The notes below the pieces were generated by a model. The model was not told the origin of the DNA. It ran no database searches and worked only from the letters and a program-made list of their open reading frames with translations. A program made the position numbers and the translations under genes. A stretch of DNA of 64,000 nt from the human T2T-CHM13v2.0 reference genome, Homo sapiens. The stretch is from NCBI RefSeq assembly GCF_009914755.1, contig NC_060931.1; one strand, 5' to 3'. Of the stretch, positions 12,491-27,573 are shown piece after piece; positions within the stretch are counted from its first letter, which is position 1, and each line of letters opens with the position of its first letter.

Positions 12491-14150
12491 TGTTACAGGA
12501 AAGGGATCCCGATCCAGATGCCAAGAGAGGGTTCTTGGATCTCAGGCAAGAAATAATTCAGGGCGAGTCCATAGAGTAAAGTGAAAGCAAGTTTTATTAA
12601 GAAAGTAGAGGAATAAAAGAATGGCTACTCCATAGACAGAGCAGCCCCATGGCTGCTGGTTGCCCATTTTTATGATTATTTCTTGATGGTATGCTAAACA
12701 AAGAGTGGATTATTCATGCCTCCCTTTTTTAGACCATACAGGGTAACTTCCAGATGTTGCCATGGTATTTGTAAATTGTCATGGTGCTGGTGGGAGTATA
12801 GCAGTGAGGACAACCAGAGGTCACTCTCATTGCCATCTTGGTTTTGGTGGGTTTTTGTGGGTTTTGGTGGGCTTCTTTACTGCAACCTGTTTTATCAGCA
12901 AGGTTTTTATGACCTCAATCCTGTGCCATCCTCCTATCTTATCCTGCGACTTAGAATGCCGTAGCCATCTGGGAATGCAGTGATGTTGCGGGAAGTCAGG
13001 GACCCCGAACAGAGGGACCGGCTGAAGCCATGGCAGAAGAACATGGATTGTGAAGATTTCATGGACATTTATTAGTTCCCCAAATTAATACTTTTATAAT
13101 TTCTTTTGCCTGTCTTTACTGCAGTCGCTGAACATAAATTGTGAAGATTTCATGGACACTTATCACTTCCCCAGTCAATACCCTGTGATTTCCTATGCTT
13201 GTCTTTACTTCAATCACTTAATCCTGTCAGCTGAGGCGGATGTATGTAGCCTCAGGACCCTGTGATAATTGCGTTAACTGCACAAATTGTAGAGCATGTG
13301 TGTTTGAACAATATGAAATCTGGGCACCTTGAAAAAAGAACAGGGTAACAGCAATGTTCAGAGAATAAGAGAGATAACCTTAAATTCTCACCACCGGTGA
13401 GCCAGGCGGAACAGAGCCATATTTCTCTTCTTTCAAAAGCAAATGGGAGAAATATCGCTGAATTCTTTTTCTCAGCAAGGAGCATCCCTGAGAAAGAGAA
13501 TGCGCCCCTGAGGGTGGGCCTCTAAAATGGCCCCCTTGGGTGTGGCCATCTTCTGTGGTCGAGCTGTAGGGATGAAATAAGTCCCAGTCTCCCATAGCGC
13601 TCCCAGGCTTATTAGGACGAGGAAATTCCCACCTAATAAATTTTGGTCAGACTGGTTGCTCTCAAACCATGTCTCCTGATAAGATGTTATCAATGACAAT
13701 GGTGCCCGAAACTTCATTAGCAATTTTAATTTCGCCCCAGTCCTGTGGTCCTGTGATCTCGCCCTGCCTCCATTTGCCTTGTGATATTCTATTACCTTGT
13801 GAAGCATGTGATCTCTGTGACCCACACCCTATTCATACACTCCCTCCCCTTTGAAAATCACTAATAAAACTTGCTGGTTTTACAGCTCAGGGGGCATCAT
13901 GGAACCTACCGACATGTGATGTCTCCCCTGGATGCCCAGCTTTAAAATTTCTCTCTTTTGTACTCTGTCCCTTTATTTCTCAAACCGGCCGACACTTAGG
14001 GAAAATAGAAAAGAACCTACGTGAAATATTGGGGGTGAATTTTGCCCAATATCTGGCTGAATTTTCTGCGATACAGCACAGTATGTTTCAGCCTTATTTT
14101 ACCCAGCTCCTATTCAAGATGGAGTTTCTCTGGTTCACATGCCTCTGACA
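12491..14150 (-). mobile_element. MER41A solo LTR (ERV1), interrupted by MER11
   Basis: tgttacaggaaagg...gcctctgaca; perfect 4-bp TSD caag at 12487-12490 and 14151-14154. Confidence 0.9.
12984..14073 (+). mobile_element. MER11 solo LTR (HERV-K11/HML-8)
   Basis: Starts tgttgcgggaagtcagggacccc; ~1090 bp; internal repeat attgtgaagatttcatggaca twice; ends gata. Confidence 0.92.
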
Positions 14151-14384
14151 CAAGCACTCCAAACTGGTTTCCATTTCAATTTTCTCTCATTATTTTATTT
14201 AATTAATAGGCATTTATTAAGAGCTTTTTTTGCTAAACACTGTACTAGGCACAGCAAAAAAATTCAAAATAATAAGATCTTTTTTTCTCTGAAATCCATC
14301 ATTTAGCTCTTCCTAAACTGGGATTTAAGGAAAGCTGTTTCTTTTTTTATGGTTTTGTTTCTTTTTGTTGGGATGGGTTGTTCA

Positions 14385-14600
14385 TAGGTGTGCTGAAAGG
14401 AAAAACATTTTTCCTCTTTGCAAATAAATGAGTGTTTAATTATTAAACAAAGTTAAATGGATTTTTTTAACTGTGAAGACTTCCCATAACCTTTAAAATG
14501 CTAATGTATTTTTTGAATCTACAAGACTGGATTTAGTAAGTGGCATTCCTAAGCTTATTTAATCAAGAATTCTTTGTCTCTCAGAGCCCAATTAATTAAC
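14385..14600. mobile_element. Ancient hAT-Charlie MITE-like fragment
   Basis: aaacaaagttaaa...cctttaaaatgctaatg...cctaagcttatttaa resembles MER103-type elements. Confidence 0.35.
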
Positions 14601-15176
14601 ATCTCCCTTTGTACTGTGGCTGCAGAAGTTGAGCTATGTGGTGGATTCTTTTTATACTGGGCTAAATGTATTATACAATCTGTAATTATGGTATAAATGT
14701 GTATTTTGTTTTATCCCTATGTGTTCTAGAATGTGAGTATGATTTTAAAAGCATTTTTAAATTTAAAAATGTAGATTAAACATTAGAGACAATAAAGTCA
14801 TTATAATTTCTTACCTCAATTTACCATTTTTTTTCTCCTTTAGATAGCATTTATTATTCTGGAAAAAGGGATATTCTTGTTTTGGGGAGAAGGATTTGCT
14901 AATGGAGATTTTGCAGAAAACTGTGATGCTGACTGTGATATGTAACTTGTGAGCATTTTTAATAAGAAGAAACATAGAATGCCAGTCCTTATTCTTTTCT
15001 TGATAAAAGAATTCCTACCGAATTGTATCCAATCAATAGCTTTAAGGACTTGTGATTTTCTCTCTGCCTTTGAATAATTGCAAATTTTTGATGCTAATTC
15101 TTACTCCATAAGTTTAAACGTCCCTATTTTTCCGATTACTAAACTTATACTTTAAGTCACAACCTACAATAATATG

Positions 15177-15867
<691 letters not shown>

Positions 15868-16339
15868 TAATTTTGTGCTTTTCCTTCAAAATTAAACACA
15901 GTAGAACAATTTAAGTAAAGCTAAAGATATAGCAAATTTGAGCCTATTTCATGATTTTAATATTGGTCTCAGTTATATTTTCATTAGTAGTATCATTTTC
16001 ATGTGTCTAAAGTATCACGTAAAATGCATTAGAATATTTAAGTAATTGCACAGGCATTACAAAGGAATAAAAATGATAAAATTGCCAAGATCAACCAGCT
16101 GGTCATCAGGCAGAAGCACCCCGTGATACTGTGAAATACTTGGTTATTGGTGAAGGATGAAAGTCTAGATTCAGCATAGGAAAGAGAATTGTTATGTGTA
16201 TATGTACACTGGATGGAGGTGCTAGTTGTTTGCAAGTCAAGCATTCTAAAGCCTAGGACTGCCTGAACTAGAGCAACAAATAACAAAGTATCAGAGTTCA
16301 AGGATTTATTCTGACAGGATGATTTTGGAAACCTTCCTG

Positions 16340-16775
16340 GACAACACATTGGGCTGGGTTCTGAAGAATAAATAGGATTCCCACAAATTTTTCCAGACTG
16401 AGGAGAGAGGCTAAGATGTGCAAATAGAGGGTCTATCTAGGAGTGTAATTTTGGAGTGCAAAGTATAGAGTGCGTAAGGGATAGTGAAGTAAATTAAACT
16501 AGAAAAAATTATTGAGGCCAGATCATTAGTACTAACAAATTTAGACTTTATTCTCTAAGTAACTGAGAGCTGAGGAAAGTTTTTGAGCAGAGGGCATGGT
16601 TTGTGTTTCAGAACAATTACTCTGGTGGGCCCATAGGGAGCAGATGAGACTGGAATGAGGCAGGGAAGCTAATTAGGATGTTATAATTGTCTAGCAAGAA
16701 AAGATGAAGACTTGATTGACTGTCAAGGAAACAATAAATAGGAGACATTTTGAAAAAATTAACTGAGCTTGGTGA
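16340..16775 (-). mobile_element. L2 fragment
   Basis: gaggccagatc...tttagactttattct...ttttgagcagagg...ttactctgg. Confidence 0.7.
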
Positions 16776-16779
16776 ATAA

Positions 16780-17250
16780 ATCAATTAGAAATCCCTTTGG
16801 ATGCAAGAAACAGAATTTCTTTTGAACAGAGTTGAACATACAGAGCCTTACTTTATTCAAGTAGATGCAGATAGATGCAGATAGATCAAGTAGATGCAGA
16901 TGAATCTACTTTATTCAAGTAGATTCAAGTAGATGCTGCTGGTGTTGGTGCAGAGGCTTGACAATATCAGTGACATCATTTCTCAGCTCTCTTGGTTTTT
17001 CTTTCATGTTGTTGAACAACCGTCTCCTCCACGGCCTACTTTAGGTGAGTGATTGGCTGGAGCTGAGTCACATGGCAGCCTCTAGCTACAGTAGAGGCTA
17101 GGAAGGTGGGGAATAGTAGTGTCTTGATCACCTGAGACTGATCATGGTCTGTAACTATGGGCTGATCACACTGTCCTTTTGAAAAAACATTATTAGCATG
17201 GAGTACATGGGCATTGGATATTAGGTGAACAATTAATAGAGTTTGCTACA
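16780..17250 (-). mobile_element. MLT1I/J-like LTR
   Basis: gattggctggagctgagtcacatggc...gaggctaggaagg...gtttgctaca. Confidence 0.65.
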
Positions 17251-17446
17251 GTAACTAATTGGCTATCGGAGTGCAGTGGGTTGAATAGTGTCCTTCCAAA
17301 ATTCCTGTCCACCCAGAACATTAGAACACTACATTATTTAAAAATGTGTGTTGCAGATACAAATAAAGTAAGGATCATGGTGAGATCATACTGGATTAGG
17401 GTGGAACATAAATCCAAAAAGACTGTCTTATAATTACCAAAGATAA

Positions 17447-17816
<370 letters not shown>

Positions 17817-17969
17817 TAATTAGTAATTAACTATTGCAAAAGGGAAGAGAATCCAGTATAAACTGAACTCAACTTTGATTTGTTTTAAAGAGAGAATGAG
17901 AGAATAGGAAAGGGGAACGGTAGGGACCAGAGTCAGGGAGTGGAAATTTACAAAAAGTGAGAAGACGAG

Positions 17970-18324
17970 TGTCTTAGTCTGTTTTGTGTTGCTATAACAA
18001 AATATCACAGACCAGGTAATTTATAAAGAAAAGAAATTTATTTAGCTCATGGTCCTGGAGGTGAAAAGTCCAAAAGCATGGTGCCAGCATCTGGCAAGGG
18101 CCTTCATGCTGAATGATAACATGGTAGAAAGTATCACATGGTGAAAGAAAGCAGGAGAGTTTGTGTACAACTTCAAGCCGTTTAAATAATCAACATTATT
18201 CCATTAGTGAAGGTGGAGTATCAATGACTAAAATAACCCCCATATGGCCCCAACTCCCAAAACTGTTGTATTGGTATTAAGTTTCCAACACATGCACTTT
18301 GGGGGACACATCTAAACCACAGCA
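17970..18324 (-). mobile_element. MST LTR (MaLR)
   Basis: tgtcttagtctgttttgtgttgctataac...aaaccacagca. Confidence 0.85.
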
Positions 18325-18559
18325 GTGAGTTGGCCCATGTAAAATCATCTGAGTTTGCTAACTGGTACTGGTCAAAGTTAGGCTCCTACCCTCCCAAAGA
18401 GGCAAAAAGACAGGGGCCCTATCTTCAGGTGTTGGCCAGAACAAACAATATGTTTTTTGGGCAGCCTTGAGCTTTCCCAAGCAGGAACTTAAAGAGACTG
18501 GAGTGGTGATACTAAGGATGGGAACTTGAGCTGTCAGAAACTATACTAATGTTTGTTCA

Positions 18560-18890
<331 letters not shown>

Positions 18891-19256
18891 GACAGAGAGA
18901 GAGAAAGAGAGAATGGAGGAATGGAGGAGGGACATTGTCGTAAGAGACAAAGTTAAGAAGGCTATGTGAAAATGAAGGCAGAGATTGGAGTTATGCTGCT
19001 ACAAACCAAGAAATGTCAGAAGTCATCAGAAGCTGGAAGAGACAAGGAAGGATCCTCCTCTAGAAACTTTGGAAGGAGTGTGGCTCTGGTGACACCTTGA
19101 TTTCTAATTTCTGGCCTCCTGAACTGTAAGAGAATAAATTTCTGCTATTTTAAGCCACTCAGCTTATGATAATTTGTTATAGAAGCCCTAAGAATCTACT
19201 ACATGGGGTGAAGGAGAGGGGGAGGTATCTAAACATAATAGCCTGGAAGAGGATAT

Positions 19257-20148
<892 letters not shown>

Positions 20149-20689
20149 ATATTAATACCATGAGTAGAACATGTTGTCTGTGAGACATTTAGGAAATATT
20201 CATATGAGGATGTTAGGCAAGAATTGGGATTATGGATTTAGAATTGAGGAATGAAGTAAGGAATAAAGAAACTGCAGGGAAAAGAAAAATAAACTTCACC
20301 AAGCAATAGTTAATAACATAAGATAAAGTATAAGTTAGTATTTAATTGACCACTTGAACACAATTCTTTCCCTCTTATTTCCAAATTCTATTCCTGTGTA
20401 GCAGGAATAGAAGAAAAAGCCAGCATCATTGAGGGTTAATGAATTTGGCCTATAAGGGCTAATAAATATCTACAAACAAACTTTGGAAAGAGTCATTAAC
20501 AGGACTTTGATTTCCCATTTGCCTTAGTAGCAAATTTAGCAGCACTTTTTAAACTGCCTCATGGATGACTATCTCCATTAGTTTTTTTTTTTAATAAGAA
20601 AACAGTAAACACTATGCATGGTAGTGTTGTATCCTCAGTGCTTCTAATATAATTTCTTCATATTTCTAGTATTACATTTATCTCACTGC

Positions 20690-20830
20690 ATTCTAATTAT
20701 TGTTCTGTCTCCCCTGCTAGACTGGGAGCTTCTTAAAGGTAATGCACCATTTTTATTCATATTTGTATTTCAATTACTTGACACAATATTCAGCACTTAA
20801 GCAATTTATGTAATAACTACTGGATGGATT
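20690..20830 (+). mobile_element. L2 3' end
   Basis: ctgtctcccctgctagactgggagcttcttaaagg. Confidence 0.65.
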
Positions 20831-20844
20831 GTAATAACAATAAT

Positions 20845-21445
20845 AGTTAAGGATGCAGATCTAGAGCTAGTTTAGTTGGGATAAATCCTGGCTTTACTGC
20901 TTATTTGTTTTGTGACCTTGTGAAATTACTAAACCTCTCTGTGCCCCAGTTTTTTCATCACAATGTGAAATAATAATAAGACCTTTGTCTTGGTCAATTT
21001 GGGCTGTTCTAACAAAAATATTATGTACCGACTGGCTTAAACAACAAACATCTGTTTTTCGTAGTTCTGTGGCTGGGAAGTCCAAGATCAAGGTGCCAGC
21101 ATATTCAGTATATAGTGAGGGCTCTTTTTCTGGTTAGCAGACAGCCTCCTTCTTTCTGTATCCTCATATGGCTGAGAGAAAGAAAGGTCATCTCTCTGGT
21201 GTCTCTTCTCATAAGGGCACTAATCCCGTAGTGAAAGCTCCACCCTCATGACCTAATTACCTTCCAGAGGATCCATCTTCAAATATCATCACATTAAAAT
21301 TAGGGTTTTAGCATTTGAATTTTGAGGACATACAAACATTCAGTCCATAGCAAACCTCCTCAAACAATTGTTGTGATAATTAAATAAATTAATCTATTTA
21401 AAGCACTTAGAAGATTGCTAGACATACAGTAAGTGCTCAATACAC
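20845..21445 (+). mobile_element. MIR split by MLT1A
   Basis: tgtgaccttg...aacctctctgtgccccagttttttcatc and aaagcacttagaa...cagtaagtgctcaata. Confidence 0.8.
20986..21352 (-). mobile_element. MLT1A-like LTR
   Basis: ggctgggaagtccaagatcaaggtgccagca...aacattcagtccatagca. Confidence 0.85.
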
Positions 21446-21572
21446 ACATATATGTTATTGAATTATTAAATAGAATAATGCCTCTAGCATTCATTACTGC
21501 TGTTCAATTTTGTCTTCATTGTTATTTTATTTTATGTCTTCCTGTGTAATTCCCTTGTGGCAATTTCATAAT

Positions 21573-21990
21573 TGCTATAGCTTTTTTTGTTTGACCCTCC
21601 ACATCTCATGTTCAAATTTGATCCCCATTGTTGGAGGTAGGGCCTAATGAAAGCTGTTTGGGTCATGGGGGTGGATCCCTCACAAATATCTTGGTACCGT
21701 CCTCTGGTAATGAGTGAGTTTTAACTCTATTAGCTCCCATGAGAGCTGGTTGTTAAAAAGAGCCTGGCACCTCCCCCTGCATTCTCTCTTGCTTCCTCTC
21801 TCACCATATGATCTCTACACATGCCAGCTCCCCTTTGCCTTCCACCATGAGTGGAGGCAGCTTGAAGCCTTCATCAGAAACAGATGCTGGAGCCATGCTT
21901 TCTATACAGCCTGAAGAACCATGAGCCAGTTTATTTATAAATTACCCAGCCTCAGGTATTCCTTTATAGCAACATAAATGAACTAAGACA
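21573..21990 (+). mobile_element. MSTB-like LTR
   Basis: tgctatag...ctaagaca; perfect 5-bp TSD ataat. Confidence 0.9.
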
Positions 21991-22227
21991 ATAATCTACA
22001 AATTCATTTACTTGATTACTGGCAAATTACTCCCATGAGAGTGAGAACGTTTTCTGTGAAGTTCTCTACCCATTCCATGCATAACACAGCATCTACACAC
22101 AGCAGAGATTAGTAACAGTTTGTTAAAGGAGTAAATTGATCCACTTTTACCTTCTGTAAAGACCAATTTAAATCTTTCTTATATTGCTAACACTGAACCT
22201 CCTGGTTCAAAGTTAAAAAAAAGATAA

Positions 22228-22580
<353 letters not shown>

Positions 22581-23807
22581 TATTTCCTATTAATTCTAGG
22601 ACTAACTACCTGAAAATAGGATAATACCTTGCATCACTACATTAATATACTCATTTTTATTGTCCCCTGTTTCTGAGAGTAACAACTTCAAATCTCCTAC
22701 CTTCTTTCCTGACTTTGACTTCCTATACCGTCAGCTCTTCAGGGCAGTCTTGACATTGGAATAATAATAATAACATCATGTTCTTAGACAAAGACTGATC
22801 CACTCTCAGAAATCAGGTTAAAGGTTATTTTATGTGATTCTTTTTTGTTTTAATATGATTTATAAAGAGGGAGAGTCAATGTTGAAGAATCAGCTATTTT
22901 AAAATTGATCCCTCTACTGGAGTACTAAAAAGTATTTGTGAAATGAACACGAATAATCTTTATAACATTAAACATTGCAAAACCCAAATGCAAAATAGTC
23001 CTATTTAACATAAAGTCTTTCATATTGTTCTGTTCTGCCATCCTTCTATACATTTGCCCAGACAGGACAGCAACAAGGAAAGAATATGTAAACACTAATC
23101 ATTTCTAACTTGCCATCTGTGACAGTTCACTGTGCTGAAATTAGAAAGGATGGAATCACTTTTCCATTTCCTTAAGGTCACCAAGGACAGACAAGCTCAG
23201 GACATACTGTATTTGTCAGAAGAAAAAGAGATGACTGGTGAGGTGGCAGTGACAAATCTGTTCTAGGTTCAGCTCATTTTACTGAAGAATGTGTGTCCCC
23301 TTCTGACATTTATCAAAAGAAATTCAATTTTATAAAAAGAAGGATGTCAAATAATAGTACATTGCTAACACTCATTTTGTTGCTGTCAGAAGGGCAGATG
23401 GGGGCAAAAAGGGAAAAGGGTGGATGGAAGAGAAAGTTATTCCAGCAAGAAACAAACAAAGTCATGCTAATAATACACTTATAGGCTTGAATATATTTCT
23501 GATTAAAACACCTATTTTTGAGATCCATCTTAGTGCCTGGCTCACACTTTAGAATACCAGTTTTCACTTCTTCCAGACAGAAGGAACGACACAAAGCAGG
23601 TTGATTTGTGGGTTTTGTGTTTGTTTTTGGTTTTGTATTTTGTTATTGTTTGAGTGCCATTCTGCTGCACCAGGAAGGAAAGAAAGCTAATGAAACCTGG
23701 TAAAACCCCAGGTACAATGACATGCACCCTGTGGGCATGCAATCAATAGTTCTTATGGTGATGATGATGTTTTTCTCTGGCAGAAAAGGGTATTTTGGGT
23801 CAAAAAA

Positions 23808-23941
23808 TAACCCAAAAGTTGTGACAGAGGTAACGGAAAAATAGAAGTCAGATTAAAATCAAAGGAAGAAATTCTAACCCAAAAGTTGTGACAGAGGTAA
23901 CGGAAAAATAGAAGTCAGATTAAAATCAAAGGAAGAAATTC
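23808..23941. repeat. Perfect 67-bp tandem duplication
   Basis: 23808-23874 is identical to 23875-23941. Confidence 0.97.
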
Positions 23942-25029
23942 TATCAGGAGACTAATAATGAAGCTGACAATATACTGTAACAAGTAATAGTGTTTTACCA
24001 TACTGCATAAAAATATTGGATTAAGATACAAATTAAATCTCTTTCTCAGTGAGGGTTTTCTGCAGAACATAAACAATTAAGCTGCTTTCTGGAGAAGACA
24101 GGAAACTTGATTAACAGATCCAAAAAGACAGCATAGGGAAGATGGGTTTAACACTAGGAGGTGAAACACCAACTGTTATCCAAATTGACTTTTCCAGAAA
24201 CGTTGGATAATTTCAATCAAGGACTGAAATATACTCTTTTCTTTTTAAGCGTCAGTGTTCTCTGGACTTAAACAAGTCAAAGGAGGTTCTTATTAAATAA
24301 ATGCTACTGGTGCATATGTTCCAGTCACAGTCTCCTGAGGTGAGTATGGAGACACTACAGAAAATTGAACCATGAAATAGGGTTTTGTGTCTCTATACCA
24401 AAATTTCAAATATCTGGAGGTGTCCTAGCTCATGGTGGCTAAGCAGGCAGCTTGTGGGAGTACAGGAGGCTACAGGAGACGCCAGGAGTAAAACGACCTA
24501 TTCTGAGTCCTGTAGTCTCTGTAAGGTGCCTATTTGATGCAATCTAAGACAGTCTTATTTAGAATAGGGACCCTTAGAAGCTGCTAATATAAGTCAAAGA
24601 AACAAATACTTCTGTGCATTTTTCCCCACAAATAAGGGATTGTCCTAAACCTCTAAGCATTAAACCAGGAATCCAGTAAAAACCAGGCTTATTGTACTCC
24701 AATCCCCAACTCACGTACTGTCTTAGAGATTTTCAGACACAAGGTGCTAAAAGTTATATAGCATATTTTAAAATTTATCTGTTATCAAGTGCCTTTCATT
24801 GAACAAAAAAAAAATCAAATTCAATAGTACATAAACAAGATCTTTCTGCTCCTTCTTGGAAGATTTTTAGGAGAATTAAAGTCATAGAGACAATCATCTA
24901 CATGCCATTAATATTGTCATCTTCACATATTATTACCAGTATTATTACCAGCACAGCTTTCAAGGTTTGAAATTTTGCATTGGGCTGGCCTTAACATTTG
25001 GACAAATCCTTTTTAAATATAGGGAATAA

Positions 25030-25358
<329 letters not shown>

Positions 25359-25385
25359 AATATGCAAAATTTTAACGCTTTAAAT

Positions 25386-27573
25386 TAGAGGTCAGCAAAC
25401 TTTTTTCATTAACAGAGAGTAAAATATGTTCTGCTTTCCATTCCATACACTCTCACACAACTAATCAACTCTGCTGTTGCAGTACAAAAGCAGCCATAGA
25501 CAATACAAAAACAAATAGGGGTGGCTGTGTTCCGATAAAATTTTCTTTACAGGCCTCTGCCTCTGCCTCTGCCTCTGCCTCTGCCTCTCCCTCTCCCCTC
25601 TCCCCTCTCCCCTCTCCCCTCTCCCCTCTCCCTCTCGGTCTCCCTCTCCCTCTCTTTCCACGGTCTCCCTCTGATGCCGAGCCGAAGCTGGACTGTACTG
25701 CTGCCATCTCGGCTCACTGCAGCCTCCCTGCCTGATTCTCCTGCCTCAGCCTGCCGAGTGCCTGCGATTGCGGGCGCGCGCCACCACGCCTGACTGGTTT
25801 TCGTACTTTTTTGGTGGAGACGGGGTTTCGCTGTGTTGGCCGGGCTGGTCTCCAGCTCCTAGCCGTGGGTGGTCCGCCAGCCTTGGCCTCCCAGGGTGCC
25901 GGGATTGCAGACGGAGTCTGGTTCGCTTGGTGCTCGGTGGTGCCCAGGCTGGAGTGCAGTGGCGTGGTCTCGGCTCGCTGCAGCCTCCATCTCCCGGCCG
26001 CCTGCCTTGGCCGCCCAGAGTGCCGAGATTGCAGCCTCTGCCCGGCCTCCACCCCGTCTGGGAGGTGGGGAGCGTCTCTGCCTGGCCGCCCATCGTCTGG
26101 GACGTGGGGAGCCCCTCTGCCTGGCTGCCCAGTCTGGAGGGTGGGGAGCATCTCTGCCCGGCCGCCATCCCGTCTGGGAGGTGGGGAGCGCCTCTTCCCG
26201 GCAGCCATCCCATCTGGGAGGTGGGGAGCGTCTCTGCCCGGCCGCCCATCGTCTGAGATGTGGGGAGCGCCTCTGCCCCGCCGCCCCGTCTGGGATGTGA
26301 GGAGCGCCTCTGCCCGGCTGCGACCCCGTCTGGGAGGTGGGGAGCGTCTCTGCCCAGCCGCCCCGTCTGAGAGGTGAGGGGACCCTCCGCCCGGCAGCCG
26401 CCCCGTCTGAGAGGTGAGGAGTCCCTCTGCCCGGCAGCCACCCCGTCTGGGAAGTGAGGAGTGTCTCCGCCCGGCAGCCGCCCCGTCCAGGAGGGAGGTG
26501 GGGGGGTCAGCCCCCCGCCCAGCCAGCCGCCCCATCCGGGAGGGAGGTGGGGGGGTCAGCCCCACGTCCGGGAGGGAGGTGGGGGGGGTCAGCCCCCCGC
26601 CCGGCCAGCCGCCCCGTCTGGGAGGGAGGTGGGGTCAGCCCCCCGCCCGGCCAGCCGCCCCGTCCGGGAGGTGAGGGGCGCCTCTGCCCAGCCGCCCCTA
26701 CTGGGAAGTGAGGAGCCCCTCTGCCGGGCCAGCCACCCCGTCCGGGAGGGAGGTGGGGGGCTCAGCCCCCCGCCCGGCCAGCCGACCAGTCCGGGAGGGA
26801 AGTGGGGGGATCAGCACCCCGCCCGGCCAGCCGCCCCGTCCGGGAGGGAGGTGGGGGGGTCAGCCCCCCGCCCGGCCAGCCGCCCCGTCCGGGAGGTGAG
26901 GGGCGCCTCTGCCCGGCCACCCCTACTAGGAAGTGAGGAGCCCCTCTGCCCAGCCACCACCTCGTCTGGGAGGTGTACCCAACAGCTCATTGAGAACGGG
27001 CCGGGATGACAATGGCGGTTTTGTGGAATAGAAAGGGGGGAAAGGTGGGGAAAAGATTGAGAAATCGGATGGTTGCCGTGTCTGTGTAGAAAGAAGTAGA
27101 CATGGGAGACTTTTCATTTTGTTCTGTACTAAGATAAATTCTTCTGCCTTGGGATCCTGTTGATCGGTGACCTTACCCCCAACCCTGTGCTCTCTGAAAC
27201 ATGTGCTGTGTCCACTCAGGGTTAAATGGATTAAGGGCGGTGCAAGATGTGCTTTGTTAAACAGATGCTTGAAGGCAGCATGCTCGTTAAGAATCATCAC
27301 CACTCCCTAATCTCAAGTACCCAGGGACACAAACACTGCGGAAGGCCGCAGGGTCCTCTGCCTAGGAAAACCAGAGACCTTTGTTCACTTGTTTATCTGC
27401 CAACCTTCCCTCCACTATTGTCCTATGACCCTGCCAAATCCCCCTCTGCGAGAAACACCCAAGAATGATCAATAAAAAAAATAAAAATTAAAAAAAAAAA
27501 GTTAAAAAAAAAAATTTTTCTTTACAATAACAGCATAAAACTTTGGCTTCAGGTCACAGTTTGTTGACCCCTA
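25386..27573. mobile_element. MER58A (hAT-Charlie MITE) split by the SVA
   Basis: gaggtcagcaaactt...aaagcagccatagacaatac...ggctgtgttccgataaaa, resuming as cagtttgttgacccct. Confidence 0.85.
25552..27510 (+). mobile_element. Full-length SVA (D-F lineage)
   Basis: Hexamer head 25552-~25655, Alu-like domain to ~26030, GC-rich VNTR to ~26975, SINE-R with AATAAA at 27471, A-tail; TSD aaaattttctttaca (25537-25551) vs aaaatttttctttaca (27511-27526). Confidence 0.98.

Noticed and set aside
23808-23941. CRISPR-like or minisatellite array
   Set aside because: Two abutting copies with no spacers, in human DNA.
25722-26413. APOBEC3 editing or CpG decay as the cause of the SVA divergence
   Set aside because: Both produce G>A or C>T. 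The observed direction, polarised by Alu homology, is A>G.
25552-27000. CpG-island gene promoter
   Set aside because: The CpG richness is fully explained by the SVA.
25461-27468. Long overlapping ORFs up to 283 aa
   Set aside because: They are stop-poor frames of the GC-rich SVA hexamer, Alu-like domain and VNTR. The A>G changes further remove stop codons.
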